Positions 53,300 through 63,294 are shown, counted from the stretch's first letter. The stretch is DNA of 64,000 bases from Candidatus Parcubacteria bacterium (GCA_037076615.1 AP029158.1:325470-389469); one strand, 5' to 3'. The notes: generated by a model from the sequence alone, not told the origin. Translations and numbers: made by a program.

Positions 53300-55828
53300 T
53301 TATAAATCTAAAGGATTAGTGGGGCTTTGTAAAGCTTGGCTGCGCGCTTGGCGTTGACGAATGATGGTTTCTATCAGTTGCCGGTCCTGGCCATATTTAA
53401 GGCGTGACAGGGCGCGAATTTTAGTGGTCATCTCCTGTCGCGGTTGACCAACAATCGGCCAAATAGTTTTTAAAGAGAACGGCCTTAAGGCAGTGTTATC
53501 CACCAATAATTTTAAACAAGCAATTCCCTTGTCGGTATTGATTAAATCAAACTCATTGAAGACCGGTGAAAATTCTTTCACTAAATAATTGGCGTCATCG
53601 CTGCCGACCCGAAAAGCAATCATCGTGCCGACGTTTCCAAAAACGGCATCTTTAATAGTGGTGTTATTATTTTTTACCAACTGTCCAACATATTGGTGCG
53701 CAATCACCAAGCCTAAACCATATTTTCTCGCCTCGGATAAAATTTGTGCAATGGAGTCGGTGGTAAAATTCTGGAACTCATCAATATATAAATAAAAATC
53801 TTTACGCTGCGCCGCCGGCATATCGCCACGGGAAAGAGACGCCATTAAGAATTTGCCGACAATAATCATTCCCAGCAAATAAGCATTCATCTCGCCGACA
53901 ATCCCTTTTGATAGATCCACTAAAATAATTTTTTGATTATCCATGATGTCACGGAAATTGAAAGAACTTTTTTGCTGGCCGATAATCGGGCGCATCATGT
54001 CGTTGGAAATAAAGGAGGTGAGTTTGGAGGTGATATAAGGAGCGATGTTGGCTAAGGCCGCTTCCCCGCCCGCTTTCTCCGCTTCCTCGCGCCAAAAATC
54101 AATAACGGTTTGGTTTTGGCAGCGTTTTAATTTTAAACGGCGAAAATCTTCATCTACTAAAACTTTAGGGATCTCCATTAAAGTTGAGCCACTCTCGGGA
54201 TCATCCATCACGAGCAACATCGCATTGCGCATGTATTGCTCAAACATCGGCCCGCCAGTCGCCTTAAGGTCGTAGAGTTTGTCAAAGATGCCAATCATTT
54301 CGTTAATGACAAAACTCTTCTGTTCCGGATAACGAGGATCAAATTCCAATAAGTTAAGACCAAGTGGTCGCTCGGTATCGGCCGGAGAAAAAACAATTAC
54401 ATCTTCCGCTCGCTGCGGGGGCACGCGCTCTAAAATATCATTAACTAAATCACCGTGAGGATCTAAAACGCAAACCCCCTCGCCGTTTAAAATATCTTGG
54501 ACGGCCATGTTCGCCAGTAAAACTGATTTACCCACCCCCGATTTACCAATGATGTAAGTGTGGCGACGACGATCTTCGGCCTTAATGCGCACTTCTTTAG
54601 AAACGCCGCGATAAACATTGTAACCTAAAAGTAAGCCTTCATTAGGTAATTCCGCACTGGCCGGCGCTGATTTAGCCGCCAACCATAAGATGTTCGGCGT
54701 TTCGGTCGAGCGCAGCGGAAAATGATAAAGACTAGCCAACTCTTCCGTGTTTAGTAAAAAACTTAACTTCTCCTGAAAGCGGCGATAAATAAAATCAGTC
54801 ACCATCCGGTCATTGCCGCGACTGATCCGCGAAAAATTATTACCGTAAGCGTAATTATTGTACTCGCTAAAAGCGTTAGAAATGTTATCTAAATAGATTT
54901 TGGCCTGCGCTTCCGTAGCGGCCGCCACCACCACGCGGATATTAACATCCAAACCGGACTTACTATTTTTTTCCTCCATCGCCTTCACTAAGGCCCGCTC
55001 CACTTCAGTTAAAGTGGCGGGTGGGGTGTCAGCTTTTTCGGTGGTCTTGGAATTACTTTTGATGCCGGTGAGCTCTAAAAAATTGTCTAACTTATGGCCG
55101 TTATCTTTTTTTAGCCCCGCACTAATGGAATTAGTCTTAATAATTTTAGAAACAATGGCTTTGCTTTCGCCGTGCCACTTGGCCTTAGCGCTACGCACGA
55201 CATATTGAACAACAGCACTCTCGTCTTTAGCCAGTTTAGACATCACATTGATTAAAGAGTTTAGAGGATCAACATCCATTTGCCGATAATTTTTAATCGG
55301 AAAAACAAAACTCTTTTTTGTTTTTAGTGATCCGGCCACAATTTTGGATTGCGGTGAGAAAGAATTATAATCCTCCACTTCTTCTAAAGAGGCTTCCGGA
55401 TAATGAGCATGAATTTGCTGCTCTAAATAGCGAGCCCGACTTACCGGAGCGACGACGTAAAAAGCAATTTTACCTTTATTAGCGACAATCTCCAGAGAAA
55501 AATGATCATGGCGACCAAAAAGCCAAGCCTTAAAACCACGCTGCGCCGACAAGCCGCCAATGCTAGCAAAAAGGGTTTCCCCTTTAGCAATCTCTTCATG
55601 CATTTGCGCCGCCGTATAAGCACTCTCACCATCTTTAGGTTTTTCTTTCGGCAGCTTTACTAAGAAAATCTTTTGCTCGCAATAAGCGTTCGCAGCGGCA
55701 CGGCGGCGAATTAGAGTCAGGACCACATAGGCCAAAACGGCTCCCAAAAATAAAATTAGCAGCCCCACTAAAATGGGGACGGCAAAATCAAACAATGAAC
55801 TATTTAGGGGGGCGTAACCACCAGTCAT
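53300..55828 (-). CDS. TraD/VirD4 (type IV coupling protein)-like P-loop ATPase with an N-terminal transmembrane anchor and a domain of about 400 aa of unknown function
   Basis: Walker A IGKSGVGKSVLL with VLDPHGDL, Walker B LYIDEFQNF, and RKYGLGLVIAHQYVGQL. This pattern is typical of the FtsK/HerA/TrwB superfamily. Confidence 0.65.
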   Translation of the reverse strand: MTGGYAPLNSSLFDFAVPILVGLLILFLGAVLAYVVLTLIRRRAAANAYCEQKIFLVKLPKEKPKDGESAYTAAQMHEEIAKGETLFASIGGLSAQRGFKAWLFGRHDHFSLEIVANKGKIAFYVVAPVSRARYLEQQIHAHYPEASLEEVEDYNSFSPQSKIVAGSLKTKKSFVFPIKNYRQMDVDPLNSLINVMSKLAKDESAVVQYVVRSAKAKWHGESKAIVSKIIKTNSISAGLKKDNGHKLDNFLELTGIKSNSKTTEKADTPPATLTEVERALVKAMEEKNSKSGLDVNIRVVVAAATEAQAKIYLDNISNAFSEYNNYAYGNNFSRISRGNDRMVTDFIYRRFQEKLSFLLNTEELASLYHFPLRSTETPNILWLAAKSAPASAELPNEGLLLGYNVYRGVSKEVRIKAEDRRRHTYIIGKSGVGKSVLLANMAVQDILNGEGVCVLDPHGDLVNDILERVPPQRAEDVIVFSPADTERPLGLNLLEFDPRYPEQKSFVINEMIGIFDKLYDLKATGGPMFEQYMRNAMLLVMDDPESGSTLMEIPKVLVDEDFRRLKLKRCQNQTVIDFWREEAEKAGGEAALANIAPYITSKLTSFISNDMMRPIIGQQKSSFNFRDIMDNQKIILVDLSKGIVGEMNAYLLGMIIVGKFLMASLSRGDMPAAQRKDFYLYIDEFQNFTTDSIAQILSEARKYGLGLVIAHQYVGQLVKNNNTTIKDAVFGNVGTMIAFRVGSDDANYLVKEFSPVFNEFDLINTDKGIACLKLLVDNTALRPFSLKTIWPIVGQPRQEMTTKIRALSRLKYGQDRQLIETIIRQRQARSQALQSPTNPLDL

Positions 55829-55831
55829 AAA

Positions 55832-56296
55832 TTAAAGTTTATCTTTTAAATTAAGAATTTTATCGGCCTTAATTTTAGCTTCTTGATCAAGATAAAATTT
55901 GTTAACACCAACAATTAGGCTTAGCCATTTTTTAATTAAGCTCACAATTTTATTGATTTTAACTTTAGTTTCATCTAAGAGATTATTGATTTTGGCGACC
56001 GTTTCCTCGCCCTTGACCTTAAAAACCTTTTGCCGTTCCGGCGACATCGCTAAGTAGGTGTTGCCCAAACCTTCAGATAGGGTTTCATCAATCAATTTTG
56101 CCCGCCGCTCTTTATAAGTGGGTGGCTCTTTAGCCACCGGGGCGACCGGAGTAACCATGGGCACCGTGACCGGAGCCGTTTCCCCTTTTTCCGCCCCGCG
56201 CTCGGGGGCTTGTTCACTTTTCCTTTCCGGACCAGTTAAAACCTCCGGACTACTAGGAACGGGGGCTTGTTCAATTTTTCTTCCTAATAAGTCCAT
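55832..56296 (-). CDS. Hypothetical protein (Pro-rich N-terminus, helical C-terminus)
   Basis: 154-aa ORF translationally packed between the ferredoxin and the ATPase, with 3-nt gaps on both sides. Confidence 0.5.
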   Translation of the reverse strand: MDLLGRKIEQAPVPSSPEVLTGPERKSEQAPERGAEKGETAPVTVPMVTPVAPVAKEPPTYKERRAKLIDETLSEGLGNTYLAMSPERQKVFKVKGEETVAKINNLLDETKVKINKIVSLIKKWLSLIVGVNKFYLDQEAKIKADKILNLKDKL

Positions 56297-56299
56297 AAA

Positions 56300-56476
56300 T
56301 TATTCAACAGTGATCGCGCCGACTGGACAAGCCGCCGCCGCCTCTTCCCCTTCACTCTGATCACCATCAGGATTAATTACCTCCGCTTTACCGTCGGCAT
56401 CCATAGCAAAAATTTCTGGATGCAGGCTAGCGCAAAGACCGCAGCCAATACAGGCTTCTTTATCAACTTTGATCAT
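56300..56476 (-). CDS. Small single-cluster ferredoxin (58 aa)
   Basis: Own translation: MIKVDKEACIGCGLCASLHPEIFAMDADGKAEVINPDGDQSEGEEAAAACPVGAITVE. It has CxxCxxC ... CP. It is below the track length cutoff. Confidence 0.75.
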   Translation of the reverse strand: MIKVDKEACIGCGLCASLHPEIFAMDADGKAEVINPDGDQSEGEEAAAACPVGAITVE

Positions 56477-56517
56477 AAAATTAAGTTATTATTATTATTT
56501 TATTTTTTACTAGGGTA

Positions 56518-56526
56518 ATTATAACA
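56518..56526 (-). promoter_or_regulatory. Extended -10 element (TGtTATAAT) heading the fdx-to-ftsQ minus-strand operon
   Basis: Minus strand reads TGTTATAAT about 40 nt upstream of the ferredoxin ATG. The -35 is poor. Confidence 0.45.
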
Positions 56527-56626
56527 ATTTTTCAATAAATAATCTAGACAAAAAAATAGACTTTTTTAGTAAAAATCTGCCCAAAAACCATTTTTTTGCT
56601 TTTTACGGGGCCGGGCTTTTAATTTA

Positions 56627-56655
56627 TTGACAATCTTTTGCTCTTTTGTTATCAT
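56627..56655 (+). promoter_or_regulatory. Sigma70-type promoter of rpmA
   Basis: TTGACA, 17 nt, TATCAT. Confidence 0.6.
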
Positions 56656-56728
56656 TGGACAGTAAATTTAGAAAAAAGCGAGCACTTAGGCGAAAGCCTT
56701 TTTTTATCGCGCTCCTTACTTAATTAAT

Positions 56729-57007
56729 ATGGCAACAAAGAAAGCTGCGGGGTCTACCTCGCTCGGCCGTGACTCCGCTGGAAGACGCTTAGGTGTTAAA
56801 CTGGCTGATGGCCAAATCGCTAAAGCTGGCAATATCATTATTCGTCAGCGCGGCAGCAAATACTTCCCGGGATCTAATGTGATGCGGGGTAACGATGACA
56901 CGCTCTTCGCAGTTTCCGATGGCGTTGTGAAGTTTAGTTCCCGCAAGTTAAAAAAATTTAACGGCAAGTTAAAATTGGCGAAAATTGTGAGTATTGTCAC
57001 TGACTAG
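56729..57007 (+). CDS. rpmA: 50S ribosomal protein L27
   Basis: [24 protein letters not shown] ... [13 protein letters not shown]. There is no N-terminal propeptide. Confidence 0.93.
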   Translation: MATKKAAGSTSLGRDSAGRRLGVKLADGQIAKAGNIIIRQRGSKYFPGSNVMRGNDDTLFAVSDGVVKFSSRKLKKFNGKLKLAKIVSIVTD

Positions 57008-57033
57008 TTTATTGTTCTTTAGCAGATAAAAAG

Positions 57034-57066
57034 AAAAAGCTCGATTGTAAAATCGAGCTTTTTTTA
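57034..57066. terminator. Bidirectional intrinsic terminator
   Basis: AAGCTCGATT-GTAA-AATCGAGCTT stem flanked by A and T runs. Confidence 0.85.
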
Positions 57067-57075
57067 TAACTATCT

Positions 57076-58287
57076 TTATTTGGTCTTGAGAATTTCTACG
57101 GCTCGATCAAGCTGCGGATCACGCTCGGCCTCAAAATCTTCATTAGTGAGTTCAACTACTTCATCCGGTTCCAAGCCCTTGTCATTAATATAATCGCCAT
57201 CAGGGGTCATCCACGTAGCCACGGTAACTTTTAAAGAAGAGCCATCACTTAAATCAATCACTTGCTGGACTGAGCCCTTGCCAAAGGTTTTTTCACCAAC
57301 TAGGGTCGCCCGGTGATAATCACGTAAAGCGCCGGCCACAATTTCGGAAGCGGAAGCACTGCCGCCATTGATCAAAACGACTGTGGGGAGACCACCCAGG
57401 CGCGCCCAGCCCTCAGCATTATACTCTCGGCTCCGGCCAGCGGCATTTTGTTCTAACAGTACCGGCCCATCTTCAATCCATTCACTGGCCATTAAAATAG
57501 CTGTATCTAAATAGCCCCCGGGGTTGTTGCGTAAGTCTAGAATTACCCCTTTGGCTTTTTTATTAAGCGTATCAGCGACGGCTTTTTTAAATAATAATTC
57601 TGTATCATCGTTAAAATTGCTAACAGTAATCACCATGATGCCGTCCGCACGTAATTCTGTTTTGATGCTCTCAATAACAATTAAGCCTCTTTCAATAGTG
57701 ATTTCTCGGGTTTTGGTTTCGTTGTCGCGAATAATGGTTAAGGTAACACTTGTTCCTTTGGGACCACGAATTTTTTTGACCGCTTCATCAACGGTTAAAC
57801 CAAGAGCACTTTCACCATCAATCGCATAAACTTTATCACCGGCTTTTAGACCGGCTTTTTCGGCGGGCATCCCGGCTAAAGGCGCTACAATCGTGACCAC
57901 CTCATCGCGCATACCTACTTCCGCGCCAATACCTTCAAAGCTACCGGACATATCTTCATTGAATTCATCAGTTTCTTGGGGCGTCATAAAAACCGTGTAA
58001 GGATCTTTGGTGGAAGCGGCTAAACCTTTCAGCGAGCCATAAAATATATCACGGTTGCTTAATTTATTTTTATCAAAATAATTTTCTTTTAAAGTCGCCC
58101 AGGTTTCCCAATAAACGTTAAAGTCAAAAGTTTCGCTTTCATCAACTTCCGCTTCTTGAGTATTTTGGGCGAGTGGTCTCGCCTGAGCGTCCCCCTGCCC
58201 TAAGTAAAAGCCGCCACCAAAAGCGACCACGATAAAAAAGAGGCCGAAGATAAGCGAATACCAAGGCGAGCGGTAATTTTTATTCAT
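57076..58287 (-). CDS. S41 family C-terminal processing peptidase with a PDZ domain
   Basis: Transmembrane anchor, a PDZ domain (GLKAGDKVYAIDG), the catalytic region NGGSASASEIVAGAL and KTFGKGSVQ. Confidence 0.88.
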   Translation of the reverse strand: MNKNYRSPWYSLIFGLFFIVVAFGGGFYLGQGDAQARPLAQNTQEAEVDESETFDFNVYWETWATLKENYFDKNKLSNRDIFYGSLKGLAASTKDPYTVFMTPQETDEFNEDMSGSFEGIGAEVGMRDEVVTIVAPLAGMPAEKAGLKAGDKVYAIDGESALGLTVDEAVKKIRGPKGTSVTLTIIRDNETKTREITIERGLIVIESIKTELRADGIMVITVSNFNDDTELLFKKAVADTLNKKAKGVILDLRNNPGGYLDTAILMASEWIEDGPVLLEQNAAGRSREYNAEGWARLGGLPTVVLINGGSASASEIVAGALRDYHRATLVGEKTFGKGSVQQVIDLSDGSSLKVTVATWMTPDGDYINDKGLEPDEVVELTNEDFEAERDPQLDRAVEILKTK

Positions 58288-58308
58288 ATAATTATTCTTT
58301 ATCTTTTC

Positions 58309-58890
58309 TTAAGGGCGGATAACTTCTTCTTCTGCTCCGCTTAAATCAATTAAGCGTGAAGGTTGACCATCTAAAACACCACCGTCAACTAATAAATCAG
58401 GAGCATTTTCGGTGGTATTTAGCGAAGAAAATCCCGCTAAGCTTTTAAGTGGCGGTTGTCCCGTCTTATTTAAGCTCGTGGAGACTAAAGGCACTCCTAA
58501 AGCCTTTATTATTTTAAGTAAAAACGGGCTTTTAGGCAAACGCCAGGCTAAAGCGACTTGACTGGGCATTAAAGTCGGTGCTGGTACCTGATTTTGCCCA
58601 AGAATTAAAGAGGTGGGACGGTCCTGCGCCCACAATTCTTGAGCCCGTGATTTTTGAGTCGGCGTTAAAAGGCTGTATTTTTCCACCATTTCCCAATCGG
58701 CCGCTAAAAGAATTAAGGGTTTTTGTGGATCCGAACCCTTAAAACGATGGATTTTTAAAATGGCCTCAGGGTCGTCAGCGCGACAGCTTAAGCCATAAAT
58801 AGTATCAGTGGGACAAACAATAACGCCACCCGACCTCAACGTTTCTACAATTAAAGCTTCCGAGGCGGCCGTTTCCGGAATAGTTTTCAT
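58309..58890 (-). CDS. tsaC: L-threonylcarbamoyladenylate synthase (TsaC/YrdC family)
   Basis: YrdC-fold motifs VVCPTDTIYGLS, PLILL and STSLN. Confidence 0.8.
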   Translation of the reverse strand: MKTIPETAASEALIVETLRSGGVIVCPTDTIYGLSCRADDPEAILKIHRFKGSDPQKPLILLAADWEMVEKYSLLTPTQKSRAQELWAQDRPTSLILGQNQVPAPTLMPSQVALAWRLPKSPFLLKIIKALGVPLVSTSLNKTGQPPLKSLAGFSSLNTTENAPDLLVDGGVLDGQPSRLIDLSGAEEEVIRP

Positions 58891-58893
58891 AGT

Positions 58894-59418
58894 TTAAATA
58901 CCGGTAATGGATTGTAGCGCTTTTAAGGCTTCCGGAATGTAAGGCATAACTACGGTCGCCAGTTGAACTAGCGGCGGCGTTAAAACAGAATTAGTCAGCT
59001 GGACACCAGCCAAGCCGGCAGCCCAAGAATAACGGGAGAGTAAAAATAGCAACAAGCCGAGAAGCAGCATGGAACCGAATAAAGATAAAACGGCACCCAG
59101 GACACGGTTTAAAAGATTTCCTAAAGGAATAATGGAGACGAACTTAAAGACTTTTTCAATTAAGAAAAAGGCTAAACCGACTAAGGATGAGACGAGAAAG
59201 AATAGAATTAAAAAAGCGATAATTTTTTCTGTGGTCTCGTTGATGTTAAACCAATTCTGCGTCCAGTTGTAAAAATCCAGATACCGCTGCGAGGCAATAA
59301 ACACGGCTAGAAACAAGCCGATGATTTGCCCCACCATCCGCCAGAGGCCACGCCGTAAACCATTAATCACGGCTAAGCCGAGGAGCACTATTAAAATGAT
59401 GTCTAAGTAGGTAAGCAT
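58894..59418 (-). CDS. cvpA: CvpA family membrane protein
   Basis: Four transmembrane helices. The N-terminus LDIILIVLLGLAVINGLRRGLWR is typical of the family. Confidence 0.7.
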   Translation of the reverse strand: MLTYLDIILIVLLGLAVINGLRRGLWRMVGQIIGLFLAVFIASQRYLDFYNWTQNWFNINETTEKIIAFLILFFLVSSLVGLAFFLIEKVFKFVSIIPLGNLLNRVLGAVLSLFGSMLLLGLLLFLLSRYSWAAGLAGVQLTNSVLTPPLVQLATVVMPYIPEALKALQSITGI

Positions 59419-59428
59419 ATCTTTATTT

Positions 59429-60856
59429 TTAAGCTAAGCGCGGAAAAAGACTATCGCCTTTTTTTATTTGCGCCGCGCCGTATTGCGTTAACAGTTTTTC
59501 CGCCGCTATCGGTAAAAAAACCTGTAAATACCAAGCGGTATTTAAAATTGTTTGTGCTAAAGGAGTTAGGATCGGGCGGATTTCTTCAGGGTCACTTAAT
59601 TTCCAGGGGGCGGCGGCAGTTAATTTTTCATTGGCGCTTCTAACCTCCCGATTAAGAATTTCCCAGGCCTCATTAAACTTAAAATTATCTAAAGATTTCT
59701 TAAAGTGCTCATGCCAAGGTGCCGGAATTTGCGGACTTAAATTGGTAGCGAGTTCATTTTTTTCCAATAACGTGGCTACGCGGGCACTTAAGTTCCCTAA
59801 ACCATTAGCTAAATCAGAATTATAGCGGCGGACTAAATTATCTTCATTATAATCACCATCTTCAAAAGGAGGAATTTCCCCAGTCAGATAAAGACGAACG
59901 GCGGCGCTGTTATATTTTTCCACTTGCGCAAAAGGATCAATGGCGGTGCCGGCCGACTTAGAAATTTTTTCACCATTAGTCGTTAAAAAACCAAAGACTG
60001 CTACCTGTTTGGTATTAGGTAAACCTAAAGCCAGGAGCATCGCCTGCCACATCGCGCTCTGTTGACGAAGATTATCTTTACCGCAAACCTGAAGACCAGG
60101 CCAAAAATCTTGATAGCGACCACCCTCCTGCGGCCAACCCAGAACCGAAATATAATTAACTAAAGCATCAAACCAGACATAAATTACTTGTTCGGGATCA
60201 CCGGGAACCGGTACGCCGTTAGGCATCTTGGCCGCTAAGCGCGAGATACTAAAATCTTTAAGTCCGCTTGAGACAAAATTGAAAATTTCTTTTTGACGAT
60301 GAGCTGGTAAAACAAAATTCGGCTGGGCGGTATAAAGGTCTAGTAAAGGTTGTTGATATTTAGAAAAACGAAAAAAATAATTTTCCTCATCTACGATTTC
60401 TAATTCGCGGTTCGGGTGCAAAGGACAACGACCATCAACTAATTCGGAATCCGTTTTTTCCAGTTCGCAGCCGACACAATATTTTACTTGATACCGTTTT
60501 TTATAAATATCACCATTGGCTTCTGCGCGGCGCCAAAACTCTTGGACGGCCGCCACATGATTATCATCAGAAGTGCGAATAAAATCGGTGACACTAATTT
60601 CTAAAACTTGATGTAATTCTTTAAACCGCTCGGCATAAGGCGTGCAGTAAGCGCGCGGGCTAAGGCCGGCGGCTTCGGCTTGCTGATAGATTTTTAAGCC
60701 GTGCTCATCGGTGCCGGTGCTAAAAACAACCTCCTCACCCAAAAGGCGATGCCAACGGGCTAAAACATCAGCTTTAATTATCTCGGCGGCAAAGCCAATG
60801 TGGGGGTCGGAATTGGTATAGGGTAAAGTGGTGGTGATGTAAAATTTTTCGGACAT
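59429..60856 (-). CDS. metG: Methionyl-tRNA synthetase (short form)
   Basis: TTTLPYTNSDPHIGF (HIGH region), a CxxC ... C..H knuckle and KISKS. The start is set at ATG 60856 (MSEKFY), 1 nt after the rsmI stop. Confidence 0.92.
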   Translation of the reverse strand: MSEKFYITTTLPYTNSDPHIGFAAEIIKADVLARWHRLLGEEVVFSTGTDEHGLKIYQQAEAAGLSPRAYCTPYAERFKELHQVLEISVTDFIRTSDDNHVAAVQEFWRRAEANGDIYKKRYQVKYCVGCELEKTDSELVDGRCPLHPNRELEIVDEENYFFRFSKYQQPLLDLYTAQPNFVLPAHRQKEIFNFVSSGLKDFSISRLAAKMPNGVPVPGDPEQVIYVWFDALVNYISVLGWPQEGGRYQDFWPGLQVCGKDNLRQQSAMWQAMLLALGLPNTKQVAVFGFLTTNGEKISKSAGTAIDPFAQVEKYNSAAVRLYLTGEIPPFEDGDYNEDNLVRRYNSDLANGLGNLSARVATLLEKNELATNLSPQIPAPWHEHFKKSLDNFKFNEAWEILNREVRSANEKLTAAAPWKLSDPEEIRPILTPLAQTILNTAWYLQVFLPIAAEKLLTQYGAAQIKKGDSLFPRLA

Positions 60857-60857
60857 A

Positions 60858-61577
60858 TCAATTATCGTCTTTATTAGAATGTTTAACTTGGCGAAACAGG
60901 ACAACAAATTCACCTTTGGCCATATCGAGATCGTTATTTAACTGCGCTGCTAGTTCTGCGGGACGACCGAAATAGGTCTGTTCAAACATTTTAGTCAACT
61001 CGCGGCCAATCATCAATTCTAGTTCGGCTTGATGCTCTTTTTCTAAAATTTGGAGCTCGCTTAATAGTTTGGCCAAGCGATGTTTGGACTCATAGATAAC
61101 GACCGGATAACGCTGTTCTAATAATTCTTTTAATCGGGTTTGTCGCCCTTTTTTATGAGGTAAAAAGCCGAAAAAAGAGAAACGATCAACCGGCCAACCC
61201 GATAAGGGCAAGGCGCAAATAACCGCGCTGGCACCCGGCAAACTAAAGATCTTCGCCTCCTCGCCAAACTCCGCGCGCACGGCGGCGACCAAAGCAGCGC
61301 CGGGGTCAGAAATTCCGGGTGTGCCAGCATCAGAAACAAGAGCCAAATCCTTCCCCGCCCGCAAAGCGTCTAAAATCTCGTGAAAGCGGCGCGCTTCAGA
61401 GTGCTGATGAAAAGATTTAGTCGGTGTTTTTATTTGATAATGGTCTAAAAGTTTTTTAGTGTTTCTGGTGTCTTCGCACAACACCAAATCGACCTCACCG
61501 AGAATACGGTGAGCGCGATAAGTTAAATCTTCTAAATTGCCAATTGGCGTGGCCACCAAATATAGAGTTCCGGGCAT
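60858..61577 (-). CDS. rsmI: 16S rRNA (cytidine1402-2'-O)-methyltransferase
   Basis: GTLYLVATPIGNLEDLT N-terminus and a tetrapyrrole-methylase fold pattern. The start is set at ATG 61577. It ends in TGA. Confidence 0.88.
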   Translation of the reverse strand: MPGTLYLVATPIGNLEDLTYRAHRILGEVDLVLCEDTRNTKKLLDHYQIKTPTKSFHQHSEARRFHEILDALRAGKDLALVSDAGTPGISDPGAALVAAVRAEFGEEAKIFSLPGASAVICALPLSGWPVDRFSFFGFLPHKKGRQTRLKELLEQRYPVVIYESKHRLAKLLSELQILEKEHQAELELMIGRELTKMFEQTYFGRPAELAAQLNNDLDMAKGEFVVLFRQVKHSNKDDN

Positions 61578-61581
61578 ATTT

Positions 61582-63294
61582 TTAATCCATGGTATCGCGG
61601 CGTTCGCGCGTATAACGAGTCCAATCTTCCAAAACTTCAATAATTACTTTAAAGGGTGCCTCAATAATAAAGTCAAAGAAGAAGACAAAAACATTAAGTT
61701 TGGAGGCTTGTCCGGAAAGCCAGCGACCGACTAAAACAATCGGGGTATAAAATAAATCTAAAATAAAAGTAAAGAAGTTTTCTTTGCGCGGCACGACAAT
61801 TAAGTCCTTGACTCCCCGAGTAGTCACCAAACTAAAGAAGCTCACAAAGGCTAAGAAGAATAAGAAAATGATAATACTGACCCAGTTAAACTGAATAAAC
61901 TCCAGCGCTCTAACAATTAAATAAACGCTAAAAACTAAAGCGGCACTATAAATCAGATTGAAAATAAAGCTGACAATTTTCTTCCTTTGCGCACGTGGGC
62001 GAATTTCCAGGGGCGCTTTACGCTCATAACCTTTAATAAACAACTCTTTAATCCCTTCAATAATTTTATTAGTATTGGCGTCGCCGGGAGTACGGGTAAA
62101 TAAAACGATCACAAACAGCAGTAAGGCCGGAAAAATGATATTAATAAGTAAGGAGATGGGGTTAATGGGCTCACTAAATAACTTGGTGGCGGGCACCTCT
62201 AGTAAGACGACAAAAACTGATTTAGTGATAAAGATATAAATAATGCTGCGCACGGCCGCCCGCCAGAGTCTTTTTTTGGCGGTGGTATATTTAGCGGTAC
62301 AAACTTTACGCACCCGGCCCCAAAACTTTTGTTCGTCGTAATAGATTTCGTTATAAAGCTTAACCGGATCCTCCTCAATGGTTTCGGCCATCACTTTGGA
62401 GTAGAGCGCATATTTCTTCGTCACCCGATCCAGTTGCCTAACTAAAGGATGATTGATTTGGCGCTTTATTTCTAAGCGCAGGGTACGGGCCCCGGCAATC
62501 GCTTTCCCTAAAACCTCCTCATTATATTCACCAGTCGCCCAGTTGTCGTTGTAATACTTAAATAAAACATAGGCGAGCATATCTTCATCAAAACGCGCAT
62601 AGGTGCGACAAATACTTAAGTAAATCTGAATTTCCCGCTCCGCTTCATATTTTTTATAGGCGGGGCTAAGAGCAATATTTTCGCTTAAAAAATCATAAAG
62701 GTTACTCATCATTGCCTGTCGAAAACGGTTAGGAGTCAAATTCTCTTCCACTTCACAAGCGGCAATCCCCATTAACCAATCAGTAATCTTACTTTTCTCA
62801 CTAAAGAGATCTTTAACTTTGCGAACATCGGCCTTGATATTCATCTCGGCGTTAACCTGCTCTAAACAGGTATCGTGGAGTAAAAGATATTTTTTTAAAA
62901 TGACGGCCACTTCCCCGATTTTACTCTCCGGCAACTCGCCATTAGCCAAATAACCGGCTCGGATCAGTTCCGTCAGTAAATGTTGACTGATTGCTTCCGG
63001 GTTACGACGGGAGCGAGTGGTTTCAATCACCACCTTGCGCTTCAAAATTCTAAAAATGGCACTTTTTCTAATCAAACTCTCCTCGCCGTATTGAACGGCG
63101 TTCCGGATTTTTTCGTAAATAAAAGCCACCCGAGAAATGACGGTAGAAACAGTAATTCGCGGCGCATCAACATCATTAATCCCTGGAGTTGGCTGCTGGC
63201 GCGTATAAAGCACCTGAAATAGGCGTTTAGCGCTCTCATTAATCTCGGCCCCGCGACTTAAAGAAGCCTGTTTGATCAAGTTTGGACTAACCAT
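61582..63294 (-). CDS. Hypothetical polytopic membrane protein with an N-terminal cytoplasmic domain of about 340 aa
   Basis: 570-aa ORF with at least four C-terminal transmembrane helices. It is the first gene of a tightly packed 6-gene minus-strand operon. No motif was recognised. Confidence 0.5.
   Translation of the reverse strand: MVSPNLIKQASLSRGAEINESAKRLFQVLYTRQQPTPGINDVDAPRITVSTVISRVAFIYEKIRNAVQYGEESLIRKSAIFRILKRKVVIETTRSRRNPEAISQHLLTELIRAGYLANGELPESKIGEVAVILKKYLLLHDTCLEQVNAEMNIKADVRKVKDLFSEKSKITDWLMGIAACEVEENLTPNRFRQAMMSNLYDFLSENIALSPAYKKYEAEREIQIYLSICRTYARFDEDMLAYVLFKYYNDNWATGEYNEEVLGKAIAGARTLRLEIKRQINHPLVRQLDRVTKKYALYSKVMAETIEEDPVKLYNEIYYDEQKFWGRVRKVCTAKYTTAKKRLWRAAVRSIIYIFITKSVFVVLLEVPATKLFSEPINPISLLINIIFPALLLFVIVLFTRTPGDANTNKIIEGIKELFIKGYERKAPLEIRPRAQRKKIVSFIFNLIYSAALVFSVYLIVRALEFIQFNWVSIIIFLFFLAFVSFFSLVTTRGVKDLIVVPRKENFFTFILDLFYTPIVLVGRWLSGQASKLNVFVFFFDFIIEAPFKVIIEVLEDWTRYTRERRDTMD

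Noticed and set aside
60857-61640. Upstream extensions of metG (to 60913) and rsmI (to 61640)
   Set aside because: Both extensions overlap the preceding genes, and the conserved N-terminal motifs begin at the internal ATGs (60856 and 61577).
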